Shown here piece by piece: positions 26,551 through 35,267 of a DNA stretch of 36,527 nucleotides. The notes beneath the pieces were generated by a model. That model saw only the letters and a list, made by a program, of their open reading frames with translations, did no database searches and was not told the origin of the DNA. Positions within the stretch are counted from its first letter, which is position 1. Each line of letters begins with the position of its first letter. This DNA comes from a virus (taxonomy: Duplodnaviria > Caudoviricetes). Location: the IMG/VR virus record IMGVR_UViG_3300025513_001263, positions 1 through 36,527 of that record. One strand, given 5' to 3'. The translations under genes and the position numbers were made by a program.

Positions 26551-26949
26551 TCAGCGTTCTTTGAGGGGAGCGGGCAACGGCAGATCGGCATCGCCGTCAC
26601 GAGCCTGCGCACGATGACGTTTCACGGTTCGCGCCGCAATACCGAACCGCCTGGCCATGTCTGAGGCGCTGCCCTCGCGCTGGACGATCGCCGCCCGCAG
26701 ACTGGCGGCACGCGTGGCTCGATGGCCGAACGGACCAAGCGGCACGTCGACGTGACCGGGACCGTGATTCTCACAAAGCCAAACCGCCAGCGGTTCGCCG
26801 AAGCGTTCCACGAACCGGTCGGTCGGGTGCTTCGGTACCGCAAGGATCGCGCCACCGGCATCCCTCGCCAAACGCAGCGCCTCTCCGGTGCTCAACGCCT
26901 CGGCGACATCGGCCAGGAGTTTCGGGAGCGGGGGCGCGGCGTCGGTCAT
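26551..26949 (-). CDS. Mor/C-like late transcription activator
   Basis: LP.LLADVAE.....ALRLA...GG....VP N-terminus and C-terminal HTH; position just before lysis genes; ATG 26949 in a TGATG overlap. Confidence 0.75.
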   Translation of the reverse strand: MTDAAPPLPKLLADVAEALSTGEALRLARDAGGAILAVPKHPTDRFVERFGEPLAVWLCENHGPGHVDVPLGPFGHRATRAASLRAAIVQREGSASDMARRFGIAARTVKRHRAQARDGDADLPLPAPLKER

Positions 26950-27332
26950 CAGATCAGCCCCTCCACTGTTTGAAAGGTTGCCAACACTGGCACCGGAGCC
27001 GGCCACGCTATTGGCGATCGGGGCTTTCCTTGGTGGTCAACCGGATCAATCAAATCGGACGCCGCCAGGATGCGTGTGAGGTAGTCGGATTCCTTGCGCT
27101 GCCGGTCGCACGCCGCATGAATTCCACGGCGGACACCGCTCCGGTCGCGGTTGTAAAATCGACCTATCAGCGCACAGTCGTGATTGCCGTTTGATTGGCC
27201 GAGTAAAAACGCTGCCTGCCGTGCGGCGGAAATACGGTGCTCGCGAGACGGCCCGCGCAACTCTTCGACGGTTACCGGCCAAATCTGCGCAACAGCCTTG
27301 GCGATCTCACTGTTGAGGATACGCCGGCTCAT
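26949..27332 (-). CDS. DnaA C-terminal (domain IV)-like HTH protein
   Basis: I..AVA....VTVEELRGPSR...IS.ARQ.A..L.......IGR.YNRD.S.V. Confidence 0.75.
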   Translation of the reverse strand: MSRRILNSEIAKAVAQIWPVTVEELRGPSREHRISAARQAAFLLGQSNGNHDCALIGRFYNRDRSGVRRGIHAACDRQRKESDYLTRILAASDLIDPVDHQGKPRSPIAWPAPVPVLATFQTVEGLI

Positions 27333-28042
27333 GATCCGACCCTCGCCTGGGCCTGGCGGATCGCCTTGCCGAACCACTCCATCACCCGATGCCAGTCCTC
27401 CGGCGCGTACTCGTGCGGCGCGGTCTTAGCGGTTGCCGCGATCGCCACGCCCCACCACCGGGCTTTCGGATTCTGAGTCGCGCTCAGCTCTGCCAGCCGA
27501 CGCCACTGTGCGGACACCACCGCGAACGGTTCATGCGAGGCGGCCGGCAGGTATGGTTCCCACTGGCCAAGCCCGTCCCGCGACCAGTCGACCCCGGCGC
27601 GCTCGGCCATCTTCTTCAGGCCCTCGATCGCCTTGCTCGCGCTGTCGACGTCCAGCCATTGCAGCGCCGCGACCCGCGTGGTGCGCTTGACGTAGGCGGC
27701 CAGCGCGTCCTCGGTCGGGTTGCGGACCTCGCCCAGGTGATAGAGCGACAGCCACAAGGCGCGCAGCTTGCGGGCCTGCTCGCCATCGGCCATCGGCCGG
27801 CGTCCAGACCGCACCGGCCGCGACTTCGCCGGCTTGAAGCCCTCCGCCTTGAAGTGCTCCAGCAGCTCGTCGAGTTGGCGATCGGACAGTTGCGCGCTGC
27901 TGGACTTGCCGGGGAACAGCCGGCCGATCGCCGCGCGATAGGTGACGTCGTCGAGCCGCAGCTCTTTCTTGGCGATGTGGATCTTCGCCAGCCGGGCGTT
28001 GCGGATCGGCGCCGAGGCGGCGCGCTTCGAGGCGGCAGTCAT
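27329..28042 (-). CDS. gemA: GemA / Mu gp16-like regulatory protein (DUF1018)
   Basis: LAKIHIAKKEL.LDD.TYR...GKSS...L...GFKP...KLRALW.......AL.AYVKR...IEGLKKM. Confidence 0.9.
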   Translation of the reverse strand: MTAASKRAASAPIRNARLAKIHIAKKELRLDDVTYRAAIGRLFPGKSSSAQLSDRQLDELLEHFKAEGFKPAKSRPVRSGRRPMADGEQARKLRALWLSLYHLGEVRNPTEDALAAYVKRTTRVAALQWLDVDSASKAIEGLKKMAERAGVDWSRDGLGQWEPYLPAASHEPFAVVSAQWRRLAELSATQNPKARWWGVAIAATAKTAPHEYAPEDWHRVMEWFGKAIRQAQARVGS

Positions 28043-28281
28043 GTGGCACCTCGCTGGTCATAGTCGCCGGGCCGCGCCAACACGTTGTTGACCGCCTGGG
28101 CGAGTGCCTCGCGGTAGTTGACCACTGCGGCCATGGTCCGGTCGGCACGGACCGCTCGCCAGGTGCCGTACACCAGGCGCTGGCTTTCCCGAGGCACCAT
28201 GCTCCAGCAGTTCCGACACATGGCGTGCCCGGCGCGTGCGGTCGCGCCGCAGCCGGGCACGGGGCAGACCCGGCCCGTCAT
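28039..28281 (-). CDS. Small zinc-finger-like protein
   Basis: CPVPGC...MCRNCW..VP; ATG 28281 overlaps the upstream stop. Confidence 0.7.
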   Translation of the reverse strand: MTGRVCPVPGCGATARAGHAMCRNCWSMVPRESQRLVYGTWRAVRADRTMAAVVNYREALAQAVNNVLARPGDYDQRGAT

Positions 28282-28442
28282 CGCCAGGCCCTCGAGCAGG
28301 CCCAGCAACCACCAAGCACGATGGCCGCAAACCAGCTCCACAAGATCCACGGATAGGTGGCCGGCTCTACCGAAAGGCCGACCAGAGCGCTTGCGGCCAC
28401 GGTGACCACCGTGGCGCCGGCGAGCATGATGATAATGCGCAT
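28278..28442 (-). CDS. 54-aa two-TM membrane protein (absent from the ORF track)
   Basis: GGGAGG RBS; MRIIIMLAGATVVTVAASALVGLSVEPATYPWILWSWFAAIVLGGCWACSRAWR; stop overlaps the next ATG. Confidence 0.7.
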   Translation of the reverse strand: MRIIIMLAGATVVTVAASALVGLSVEPATYPWILWSWFAAIVLGGCWACSRAWR

Positions 28443-28444
28443 GA

Positions 28445-28738
28445 TCACGCCTCCCATACCGGATGGCCGGGACCGAAGGGCGTCATGGGAAACTCTTCCC
28501 TAGCGACCGACGTGGCGATCTTCAGTCGCTCTAGCATCCGGAGTGCATCGGCTTCATGCATCGCGGCGACGGCAAGCTCGCCGGCTTCAACGCATTGCTT
28601 CGCTGCCGCTGTGCAATCGACGAACGAGACGGCGAAGGTTGCGATCTCCAGCAAACCAGCAATCTCGTAGTCGGCGAGCGGCAGTTCTTTGTGGTTTAAG
28701 ATCCAGCGGTGCAGGCTGGGAAGTTGCCGAAGGTCCAT
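28445..28738 (-). CDS. Hypothetical protein
   Basis: ATG 28738 after a GGGGG purine tract; fills the gap in the operon. Confidence 0.6.
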   Translation of the reverse strand: MDLRQLPSLHRWILNHKELPLADYEIAGLLEIATFAVSFVDCTAAAKQCVEAGELAVAAMHEADALRMLERLKIATSVAREEFPMTPFGPGHPVWEA

Positions 28739-28739
28739 T

Positions 28740-28979
28740 TCACACCCCCTGCGCGGCCAGGACCGGCCCGATCGGCGGCCAGCCGGCGAACTCGCCGACC
28801 GGCAGCGGCGTCGGCAGGCCACGCACCGGCGTGACGGTGCGGACCTCGCCGCCGGTGGCCCGGTACACCCACAGATCTCGCCGCCCATACCAGAGCGCCA
28901 GGTGCACCACGGTGGTCTCCGTCGGTGTCGACGGGTCGTAGATCTCGATCGACACCTGCTCGTGCGATCGGCGGGTCAT
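28740..28979 (-). CDS. Hypothetical protein
   Basis: ATG 28979 in a TGATG overlap. Confidence 0.6.
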   Translation of the reverse strand: MTRRSHEQVSIEIYDPSTPTETTVVHLALWYGRRDLWVYRATGGEVRTVTPVRGLPTPLPVGEFAGWPPIGPVLAAQGV

Positions 28980-29002
28980 CACGCACCGCCTTCCGGCGCG
29001 GC
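28977..29002. repeat. 26-bp direct repeat, copy 1
   Basis: catcacgcaccgccttccggcgcggc, identical to 29216-29241. Confidence 0.95.
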
Positions 29003-29221
29003 CTTGGCGGCCGGCTCCGGATACTTTTCCCCGCACCAGGGGCAATAATTTGGGGTGACCGCCTGAGTCTTGTTGCGCCGAGTTTCGTGGATCCACTTGT
29101 CCTTGCGGATCAGCCCGATCAGCGCGCGCGACACCGTTCCAGGCAGCAAGGGCATCGTCGCGTGAATGCAGTGCTCCGGTCCGACGAGCGCATTGATCTT
29201 GTTGACGCAGTTGCACATCAC
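28979..29221 (-). CDS. Cys-rich hypothetical protein
   Basis: CNC...YCPWCGEKY; coupled on both sides; ATG 29218 is an alternative start. Confidence 0.7.
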   Translation of the reverse strand: MMCNCVNKINALVGPEHCIHATMPLLPGTVSRALIGLIRKDKWIHETRRNKTQAVTPNYCPWCGEKYPEPAAKAAPEGGA

Positions 29222-29241
29222 GCACCGCCTTCCGGCGCGGC
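29216..29241. repeat. 26-bp direct repeat, copy 2
   Basis: Identical to 28977-29002. Confidence 0.95.
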
Positions 29242-29931
29242 GATCGCCGGTACCGGAATGTGGCTGGCCGTCATGCCCTCGGGCACTTCAGCGGACGCCA
29301 TGTCGACCGGGATCGTCTCCCAGCCGCCGCGGGCGTCCTTGCGCTGCAAGCGGATGTACGCCTTGCTTCCCTCGACGCGGATGCTGTCACGCAGGGCCTG
29401 CATCGCCCGCTGCCAGCCTTCGTCGGTGATCTCCATCCGCAGCAGCGAGAACACCCGCTCGCGGCTGACCTGGCCTTCCTTGTCGGTCTGGAACGCCTCG
29501 GTGATCACGGCGCGCAGCTCGGGCCGAGCGTCGCTCGACCAGTCCCGCAGGCAATCGTCGATGATCGACTTCGCGATCTGCAGGCCCGAACCGAAGGTCA
29601 GCTGGTCCTGCACCTGGACCTTGATCCGCAGCGTGCCGTCGTAAGTGGTCAGGGTGACGTTGCCCTTGCCTTCCATGCCGCGCTTGCGGGCGCCGTACTT
29701 TTCGGCCAGCAGATCTAGCAGGGTGGCGACGTCCTCAAAGGTGTGGCCCTTGAAGCGGCCGATCTGCGCCGACAGCGCCTCGGCGTGGCCGATCACGCTG
29801 CGGACCATCTGGTCCTCCAGCAGCTCGTGATCCTTGACCAGGGACTTCGGGATCAGCCGGCCCTTGGCGTCCATGACGTACCCTTCCGGGATCTCGGCGG
29901 GAGCGGGCGATGCAATAGCGTTCAAGCTCAC
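29218..29931 (-). CDS. DUF3164 family protein
   Basis: GYVMDAKGRLIP...LEDQ.V...FK...GKGNVTLTTYDG...F...LQIAK..ID.C...AF..DKEG...W..AM.A..DS......K.Y. Confidence 0.9.
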   Translation of the reverse strand: MSLNAIASPAPAEIPEGYVMDAKGRLIPKSLVKDHELLEDQMVRSVIGHAEALSAQIGRFKGHTFEDVATLLDLLAEKYGARKRGMEGKGNVTLTTYDGTLRIKVQVQDQLTFGSGLQIAKSIIDDCLRDWSSDARPELRAVITEAFQTDKEGQVSRERVFSLLRMEITDEGWQRAMQALRDSIRVEGSKAYIRLQRKDARGGWETIPVDMASAEVPEGMTASHIPVPAIAAPEGGA

Positions 29932-30029
29932 ATGAGCCTCCGTTTAAAGCGGATTGAAGGAAGGCGGACACCCCACCAGCGCAGCTGCTGGGCGATCAGC
30001 CAGATCAGGCCGTGGCGGGGGTTACGCAT
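29928..30029 (-). CDS. 33-aa basic/Trp-rich peptide (absent from the ORF track)
   Basis: MRNPRHGLIWLIAQQLRWWGVRLPSIRFKRRLM; overlaps both the upstream stop and the downstream GTG. Confidence 0.5.
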   Translation of the reverse strand: MRNPRHGLIWLIAQQLRWWGVRLPSIRFKRRLM

Positions 30030-30294
30030 GGTCGAACACCACGTCGGCCTGGAACGGCCCGTTGGCGTCATCGCAGGCGGTCATGCGCAGCCGCCCGCTG
30101 TCGGGATTGAGGTCCATCACGGCGGTGACCAATTCGCCGCCCGGCGAGCGCATCCGGTAGACACGCAACTCTCCGGACGGCCGCCAGGTCTCCACGGCGG
30201 CGCGGAACTCGACGGTTCGGCCGTTGACCGGGAGCCGCCACCGGACGGTGGAGTCGATCGGCGGGAAACCGGTTTGAAGGTTGACGCCGCTCAT
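30022..30294 (-). CDS. Hypothetical protein
   Basis: ATGA overlap with the upstream gene; GGAGG RBS. Confidence 0.65.
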   Translation of the reverse strand: MSGVNLQTGFPPIDSTVRWRLPVNGRTVEFRAAVETWRPSGELRVYRMRSPGGELVTAVMDLNPDSGRLRMTACDDANGPFQADVVFDHA

Positions 30295-30575
30295 GCCGCC
30301 GACCCTCCCTTCGGGCCGCCGTGCGGCAGGTATTTCGGTCGGGCCGGGATCCGCTTGCGGAAGGCCAGGAGGTCGACCACCGGGGCGGTGGCGTCGTCGG
30401 AGCCGACCACGCGCAGATGCGTCGGCACCCGGCGGCGCTCGACGGCATCGGCCATCCGGGCGGCGTCACGCAGCTCCACGCATCCGGCCTCGAACACCTC
30501 ATAGGGGATGGCGTCGCCGGAGGTGATAGCCTCGCGCCAGGCGTCGAGGACGTTGCGGATCTTGTCGCCGATCAT
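30291..30575 (-). CDS. Hypothetical protein
   Basis: ATG 30575 overlaps the MuB stop. Confidence 0.65.
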   Translation of the reverse strand: MIGDKIRNVLDAWREAITSGDAIPYEVFEAGCVELRDAARMADAVERRRVPTHLRVVGSDDATAPVVDLLAFRKRIPARPKYLPHGGPKGGSAA

Positions 30576-31579
30576 TGTCCGGCCCCCAAGTTCCGCCAGG
30601 CTTCCTTGATGCGCTCGACAGTGACGTTGTCGATGCCGCCGGCGTGATACGCGGCGCGGCGGATCGTCTTGGTGACCAACCGCAGCGCGCCGGCCCGGGC
30701 GGCGACCTCCTCCAGCAGGGCGATGCAGTCGGCGCATTCGAGGCCCCAGGCGTCGACCTGGGCGCGGACGTCGCCCTTGACCGCACGCGGGATGTAGCGT
30801 CGGCCGCCGACCCGGCTGTAGACCTGGGCGTGGTCGCCGGCCTTGCCGCCGCCGGCCATCCGGCCACTGACCGTCTCGTTGCCGACGAAGGCGATGGCGA
30901 TGCCGACCGAGTCGTGCAGCGACCGGATCTCGTCGAAGCACTGGACCTTCAGGTGCTGTGCCTCGTCGACGATCAGCAGCCCGCCGGTACCAGACACCCG
31001 CTGCTCTATCGCCTCGTACAGCGCCCCGGCGCCGCCATGGACCACGTTCCGGATGCCGACCGCCTTGGCGACGTCCCGGAGCGCCAACACCAGCGATGAG
31101 CAGTGCGGCCGCATGGTGGCGAGCCAGACGTTGGGGTTGCTGTCGCGGTAGCGCTCGCAGGCCTTCGTCTTGCCGACGCCGGGGACGCCGGTGACTGTCA
31201 CGATATCGCCGTCCGCCTGCGCCATCGCGAGGGTGACCAGAACGTCGCGAGCCGTCGGGCTGTCGAACCAGGCCGGCGCAGTCGGGATCTGCATCGCCGT
31301 GCGCTGGCGACGCTCCCGCGCATCCAGCCACTGTCCGACCGACCGATCGACGCTGGCATTGTCGCCCTTGTATTTACCCTGCAGCCACTGGTTCAGCGCC
31401 GCGCCGCTGAAGCCCATCTCCTTCGCGGCGGCGGCCTGGCTCAGGCCGTCCGCCAGCATCGCCGCCTGCACCGTCTGGCGCAGCTCGGCGGCCGGCCTCG
31501 GCGCGTTCGATGCCGAGGCCGCTGCCGGCGTGACGCTCGCGTCCGGTTCCGCCGGCGGCTGGTTACTGATATCGTCCAT
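30572..31579 (-). CDS. MuB-like DNA transposition AAA+ ATPase
   Basis: N-terminal HTH (ALNQWLQGKYKGD), Walker A GVPGVGKT, Walker B LLIVDEAQHL, AQVYSRVG, GALR; GGAGG RBS. Confidence 0.95.
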   Translation of the reverse strand: MDDISNQPPAEPDASVTPAAASASNAPRPAAELRQTVQAAMLADGLSQAAAAKEMGFSGAALNQWLQGKYKGDNASVDRSVGQWLDARERRQRTAMQIPTAPAWFDSPTARDVLVTLAMAQADGDIVTVTGVPGVGKTKACERYRDSNPNVWLATMRPHCSSLVLALRDVAKAVGIRNVVHGGAGALYEAIEQRVSGTGGLLIVDEAQHLKVQCFDEIRSLHDSVGIAIAFVGNETVSGRMAGGGKAGDHAQVYSRVGGRRYIPRAVKGDVRAQVDAWGLECADCIALLEEVAARAGALRLVTKTIRRAAYHAGGIDNVTVERIKEAWRNLGAGQ

Positions 31580-31599
31580 TTTCTACCTCCATCGTTACC

Positions 31600-31629
31600 G
31601 GCCGGTGGGCGTTACAGCGCCCGCCGGCC
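31600..31629. other. Hairpin in the MuA-MuB intergenic space
   Basis: ggccggtgggcg / cgcccgccggcc with a 6-nt loop. Confidence 0.6.
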
Positions 31630-31643
31630 AACTCACGCCACCG

Positions 31644-33608
31644 TCACAGACGGTTGCGGTTCCGGGCGGCCGTCATGGCCAGCACGTTGTTCACCAGTTC
31701 GTCGGGCAGCGCGTTCGAGTCGCGCTCGGGCAGGCCGCGCTGCGCCCTGACCGGAGCGTCGGGGCGGAAGCGCTGCGGCTGGATCACCCGCGCCTCGGGC
31801 TTTGTGCTCGCCGGCGCGTCGGGCATCAGCCGCGCCACGTCGCGCTCGTTCAACACCACCTGCGCCTCGGCCATCTCGCGGGTGGCCCGGTTCTTCTGAC
31901 TCTTCGCCCGCGCATGTTTCTTGGCCTCGCCCACGTCCATGAAGCCGCTGTCGGCGATGCAGTCGGCGGCGGCGATGTAGTCGCCGGCCAGGTCGTAGAC
32001 GTGGATCGGGTTGCCGAGACGGTCCGGGTCGTACCGGACGGCGACCTTCTCGCCGATGTGCGGGATCAGGGCCTGGCTGTAGTAGCGGTTGCCGTAGAGG
32101 TGGATCACGCCATCGGGCTTGCGGCAGGTGATCCCGGCGACCGGCAGCAGCCAAAGCAGCCGCGTCATCGCGTCGTCGGCGTCCGGCTTGCGGATCAGGT
32201 CGCGCTCATAGCTCTCGGCGAACACCTCGTCGAACGAGCGGCCTCGGGCGACCATGCTGTTGCGGTCGGTGCGGGTGTTGTAGCGGTAGATCTCGCGCTC
32301 GCAGACCCGCAGCACGTCGATCATCCGGGCGGTGCGACTGCCATAGTTGGCCGGCTTGTTGGCCGGGCTGTTGCCCGTGTAGGCACCCTCGAACTCCGGC
32401 GCCTTGCTGATGTAGCGGGCGAGGTCGCCGAACGCCCGCTCGATCGGCTTGGACTGGCCGTGTGCCGGCTTGGTGAAGCGCAGATCTATCCCGAGCGCCG
32501 GAAACAGCCCCAGGAAGTCATCGTCGCGGATCTTGTAGCGGTTGCGGTATTTCACCCCGCCGGTGTTCGACTTGGCGGCCGCCGCCATGGTGTTGTCGGA
32601 GAACACCGTGTCGGGAATGCCCCAGTTCTCGATCACGTCACCGAACGTCAGACGGAACCCGTTCGCCGACTCCGATGTATCCAGACGCCACGCCAGGATC
32701 TTGTTGCTGGACAGGTCTTGGAAGGTCAGCAGGAGGGCGCGGGCGACTTCGCCGTCGGGCCACTCGACGAACAGATCCAGCTTGTGGCCGTCGTAGTTGA
32801 TCGCCTGCAGCGCCCGCAGGTCCGAGCGGTCACGGCGCTGTGCCGGACGGATCGCGTCGAGGTGATCAGCGCCGTGGCGTTTCAGGATCACGACCTCGGG
32901 GTCGATCTCGCGGTCGAGCTTGCGCTTCAACGTCGCCGGGGCCGCCGGAAGGGTCCAGCCATGCACCGCGGCGGCATCTTTCAGCCGGTTCCAGCACTCC
33001 GCAATGCCCGGCCGGCTCTGCCGCAGATAGTCGGCCAGGAAGACGTCCCACGCCTGCGGACTGATGTCGGCGGTCCGGCGCTGCTCGCGGCAGTAACGCG
33101 GCGCCAGCCAGGCCATCCAATCGTGCCGCTCCTTGCCGGCCACCTGCCGGAACCAGCCCCAGATCGAGCCGGCGCTCACCCCGCGCTCGGCCGCTACGAT
33201 CTGCACCGCCGTCGAGCGGGCTGTGCCGCCGCGCTCCATCTGCAGCACCGCGTCCAGGGTCAGGACGCTAAACTTTGCGCGCTCGCGGCCCTTGTCGTTC
33301 AGTGTGTCGAAATGCGCCCACGCCGCGGCCCGGTCGGGCGCGCCCGCCTTGGCGGCGGCCTCGGCCGCCTGTTCGCGCACGCCGCGCGCCAGCAGCGCCG
33401 AGCGGGCCTGTAGCGGCAACAGGGAGAAATGGTACTCCAGGCCGCCGCCGCGGCCCTTGCGGCGGCGGGCCAGTGGCTGGCCGGCTGCGGTGTGGATGGC
33501 GGCCCAGCCTTCCCGGTCGGCCAGCACGCAGATGCCGCGCTTGGTGCGGGGTGCGCCGGACAGCTTTAGCTCGGCCAGCTCGGCCAGCGTGAACCACTCG
33601 GCGCGCAT
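31644..33608 (-). CDS. MuA-like DDE transposase
   Basis: N-terminal HTH (WFTLAELA...REGW...GRGGGLEYH), catalytic YDGHKLD, FSDN and SKPIERAFGDL; ATG 33608 in a TGATG overlap. Confidence 0.96.
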   Translation of the reverse strand: MRAEWFTLAELAELKLSGAPRTKRGICVLADREGWAAIHTAAGQPLARRRKGRGGGLEYHFSLLPLQARSALLARGVREQAAEAAAKAGAPDRAAAWAHFDTLNDKGRERAKFSVLTLDAVLQMERGGTARSTAVQIVAAERGVSAGSIWGWFRQVAGKERHDWMAWLAPRYCREQRRTADISPQAWDVFLADYLRQSRPGIAECWNRLKDAAAVHGWTLPAAPATLKRKLDREIDPEVVILKRHGADHLDAIRPAQRRDRSDLRALQAINYDGHKLDLFVEWPDGEVARALLLTFQDLSSNKILAWRLDTSESANGFRLTFGDVIENWGIPDTVFSDNTMAAAAKSNTGGVKYRNRYKIRDDDFLGLFPALGIDLRFTKPAHGQSKPIERAFGDLARYISKAPEFEGAYTGNSPANKPANYGSRTARMIDVLRVCEREIYRYNTRTDRNSMVARGRSFDEVFAESYERDLIRKPDADDAMTRLLWLLPVAGITCRKPDGVIHLYGNRYYSQALIPHIGEKVAVRYDPDRLGNPIHVYDLAGDYIAAADCIADSGFMDVGEAKKHARAKSQKNRATREMAEAQVVLNERDVARLMPDAPASTKPEARVIQPQRFRPDAPVRAQRGLPERDSNALPDELVNNVLAMTAARNRNRL

Positions 33609-34105
33609 CAATGACCCCGCCATGTACGGTCGTCGCGGTCGGCCAGATGCTCTTCCTCGTCGGCGATCCGGCGGTGGTCGCGGGCGCGGTCGCGGCGGAT
33701 CGCCGAGCGGACGGCGGCGAGGTATCGGGGGTCGATCATCGCCTTGCCGACCCGGCGGACCGCCGGCACCAGCAAGTCCGGCCGCTCCAGCGCCACGGCC
33801 AGCGCGACCATCCTTGCGTGGCTGATGTTGTGATCCTCGCGGGCCTGGCTGGCGTAGGCGTTCAGCATGTGGACCGAGACCGTCTCGCCGAGTTCCTCCG
33901 ACATGCGTCGAGCGACCTCGTCGCGGGGCATCTCGGCGGCGCGCAGCGCGTCGGCGACCTGCCGGCTCACCAGCTCGGCCAGCCGACAGCCCGCCGGCGC
34001 CGACTCCGGCGCCTGGTCCGACTCCGGCGGTAACGTTGGAGCCTTCGGCCGCCATGACAGGAACAGGTCCGGCGTCTCGGTGTCCCTTAGGCGCCGCGTC
34101 GTCAT
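33608..34105 (-). CDS. Putative DNA-binding early protein
   Basis: RDEVARRMSEELGETVSVHMLNAYASQAREDHNI HTH-like motif, of a kind seen upstream of transposases in alphaproteobacterial Mu-like phages. Confidence 0.7.
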   Translation of the reverse strand: MTTRRLRDTETPDLFLSWRPKAPTLPPESDQAPESAPAGCRLAELVSRQVADALRAAEMPRDEVARRMSEELGETVSVHMLNAYASQAREDHNISHARMVALAVALERPDLLVPAVRRVGKAMIDPRYLAAVRSAIRRDRARDHRRIADEEEHLADRDDRTWRGH

Positions 34106-34365
34106 CGATCGCCTCCGGAAGGAGGCCGGATCCGGTTGAGGTTGGTATAGCCGGTCAATATGATCAGGGCTTGCCAGTCGCTGTCGCTCCAGCGATTGGC
34201 TTCGGCCCAGGTCATGAAGCTCTCCTTCCCGGAGGCAAGCCCAAGTACCGGGGCGACGTCGGCGTACTGGACGTTACGGGCCAAATACTGCGCCTGCGCC
34301 AAGGCCGGGTTCCGGTAGTAGCTCCGCAGCTCCAGCTGACGGGTGATATCGACCACGTCGGCCAT
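34102..34365 (-). CDS. Hypothetical protein
   Basis: ATG 34365 in a TGATG overlap; stop overlaps the next ATG. Confidence 0.6.
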   Translation of the reverse strand: MADVVDITRQLELRSYYRNPALAQAQYLARNVQYADVAPVLGLASGKESFMTWAEANRWSDSDWQALIILTGYTNLNRIRPPSGGDR

Positions 34366-35228
34366 CACTCGGCGTCCTCCGGCCACTGCGCCGCCAGGAA
34401 CGCCTTGATCTCGCCGCGCCCGTGCAGGTGCGTCAGGAAGTTCCGGCGGTCGCGAGCGCTGCCTCGGCCCCAGCCATCGATCATTCGCCCCAGCCACTTG
34501 TCGGTGACCGGCGCCACCGCCCGCCGGTCGCGGATCCAGTCGACTGCGTCCTTCACCTTCTTGGCCGGCCCGTCCTTCGCCAGCAGTATGTCGGCGACGC
34601 GCGCCTGCTCGCTCGGCGACAGGGCGGACAGCTTGAACAGCTCGCCCTCCCGCCGGGCCAGTGCGGTGCCGGCGATCCGGGCGCGGACGGCCGGGTCGAG
34701 GCGCTCGTAGATTTGCACGGCGCGGCGGATCGAGCGCTCGGCGGCGCCGGTCTCCTGGGCAGCAGCGGCGGCGAAGGAGAGGGCCGGCGTCCAGATGGCA
34801 ATTTTTGCCGTTTGGCCTTTTTCAATGACTTGCAGACCGGCAGCGCCGTTCTTCGCCCCCGGATGCAGCTTTTCGTAGACCCGCTTCCTCTCCGCGTAGG
34901 ATGCGGCGCGGTCGAGTGGGTTCAGGTCGTGGCGGGCAAGATTCTCGTCAATCTCGCGCAGCAGGGCCTCGTCGTCGTCGATCCCGCTGACAACCCGCAC
35001 CTCCACGCTCTCCAGGCCGCAGCGCCGCGCCGCTTCCAGGCGGTGGGCGCCGGCGATCAGCACGTAGCGGCCATCGACCTCGCGCACCTCGATCGCCTGC
35101 ATCAGTCCAAGCTCGGCGATGCTTTCCGCGAGTGCGGCGACATGCGCCTCGTCGACCACCCGCAGGCGCTGGCCGGCGTCGATCGACGAGAGCGGGATCT
35201 GTTGGACCTTGCCGATTTCCATTGTCAT
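34365..35228 (-). CDS. ParB/Srx N-terminal domain protein
   Basis: RLR.VD...V..LAESI...GL...I.V...Y.LIAGAHRLEA...EIDENL.R..L..LDRA followed by an HTH. Confidence 0.9.
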   Translation of the reverse strand: MTMEIGKVQQIPLSSIDAGQRLRVVDEAHVAALAESIAELGLMQAIEVREVDGRYVLIAGAHRLEAARRCGLESVEVRVVSGIDDDEALLREIDENLARHDLNPLDRAASYAERKRVYEKLHPGAKNGAAGLQVIEKGQTAKIAIWTPALSFAAAAAQETGAAERSIRRAVQIYERLDPAVRARIAGTALARREGELFKLSALSPSEQARVADILLAKDGPAKKVKDAVDWIRDRRAVAPVTDKWLGRMIDGWGRGSARDRRNFLTHLHGRGEIKAFLAAQWPEDAE

Positions 35229-35267
35229 CGCGCGGCTCCGGCTTTGACGGTGCGGGCGGTCATCGCG

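Noticed and set aside
28977-29241. 26-bp repeats as att sites or Mu ends
   Set aside because: Internal to the early operon, only 239 bp apart, no integrase; Mu-type ends would lie outside this window
33609-34055. N-terminal extension of the transposase in the ORF track (likewise the extended starts at 14199, 15789, 16135, 25080, 25349, 31331, 36367)
   Set aside because: The extensions overlap upstream genes and are low-complexity; coupled downstream starts match the family N-termini
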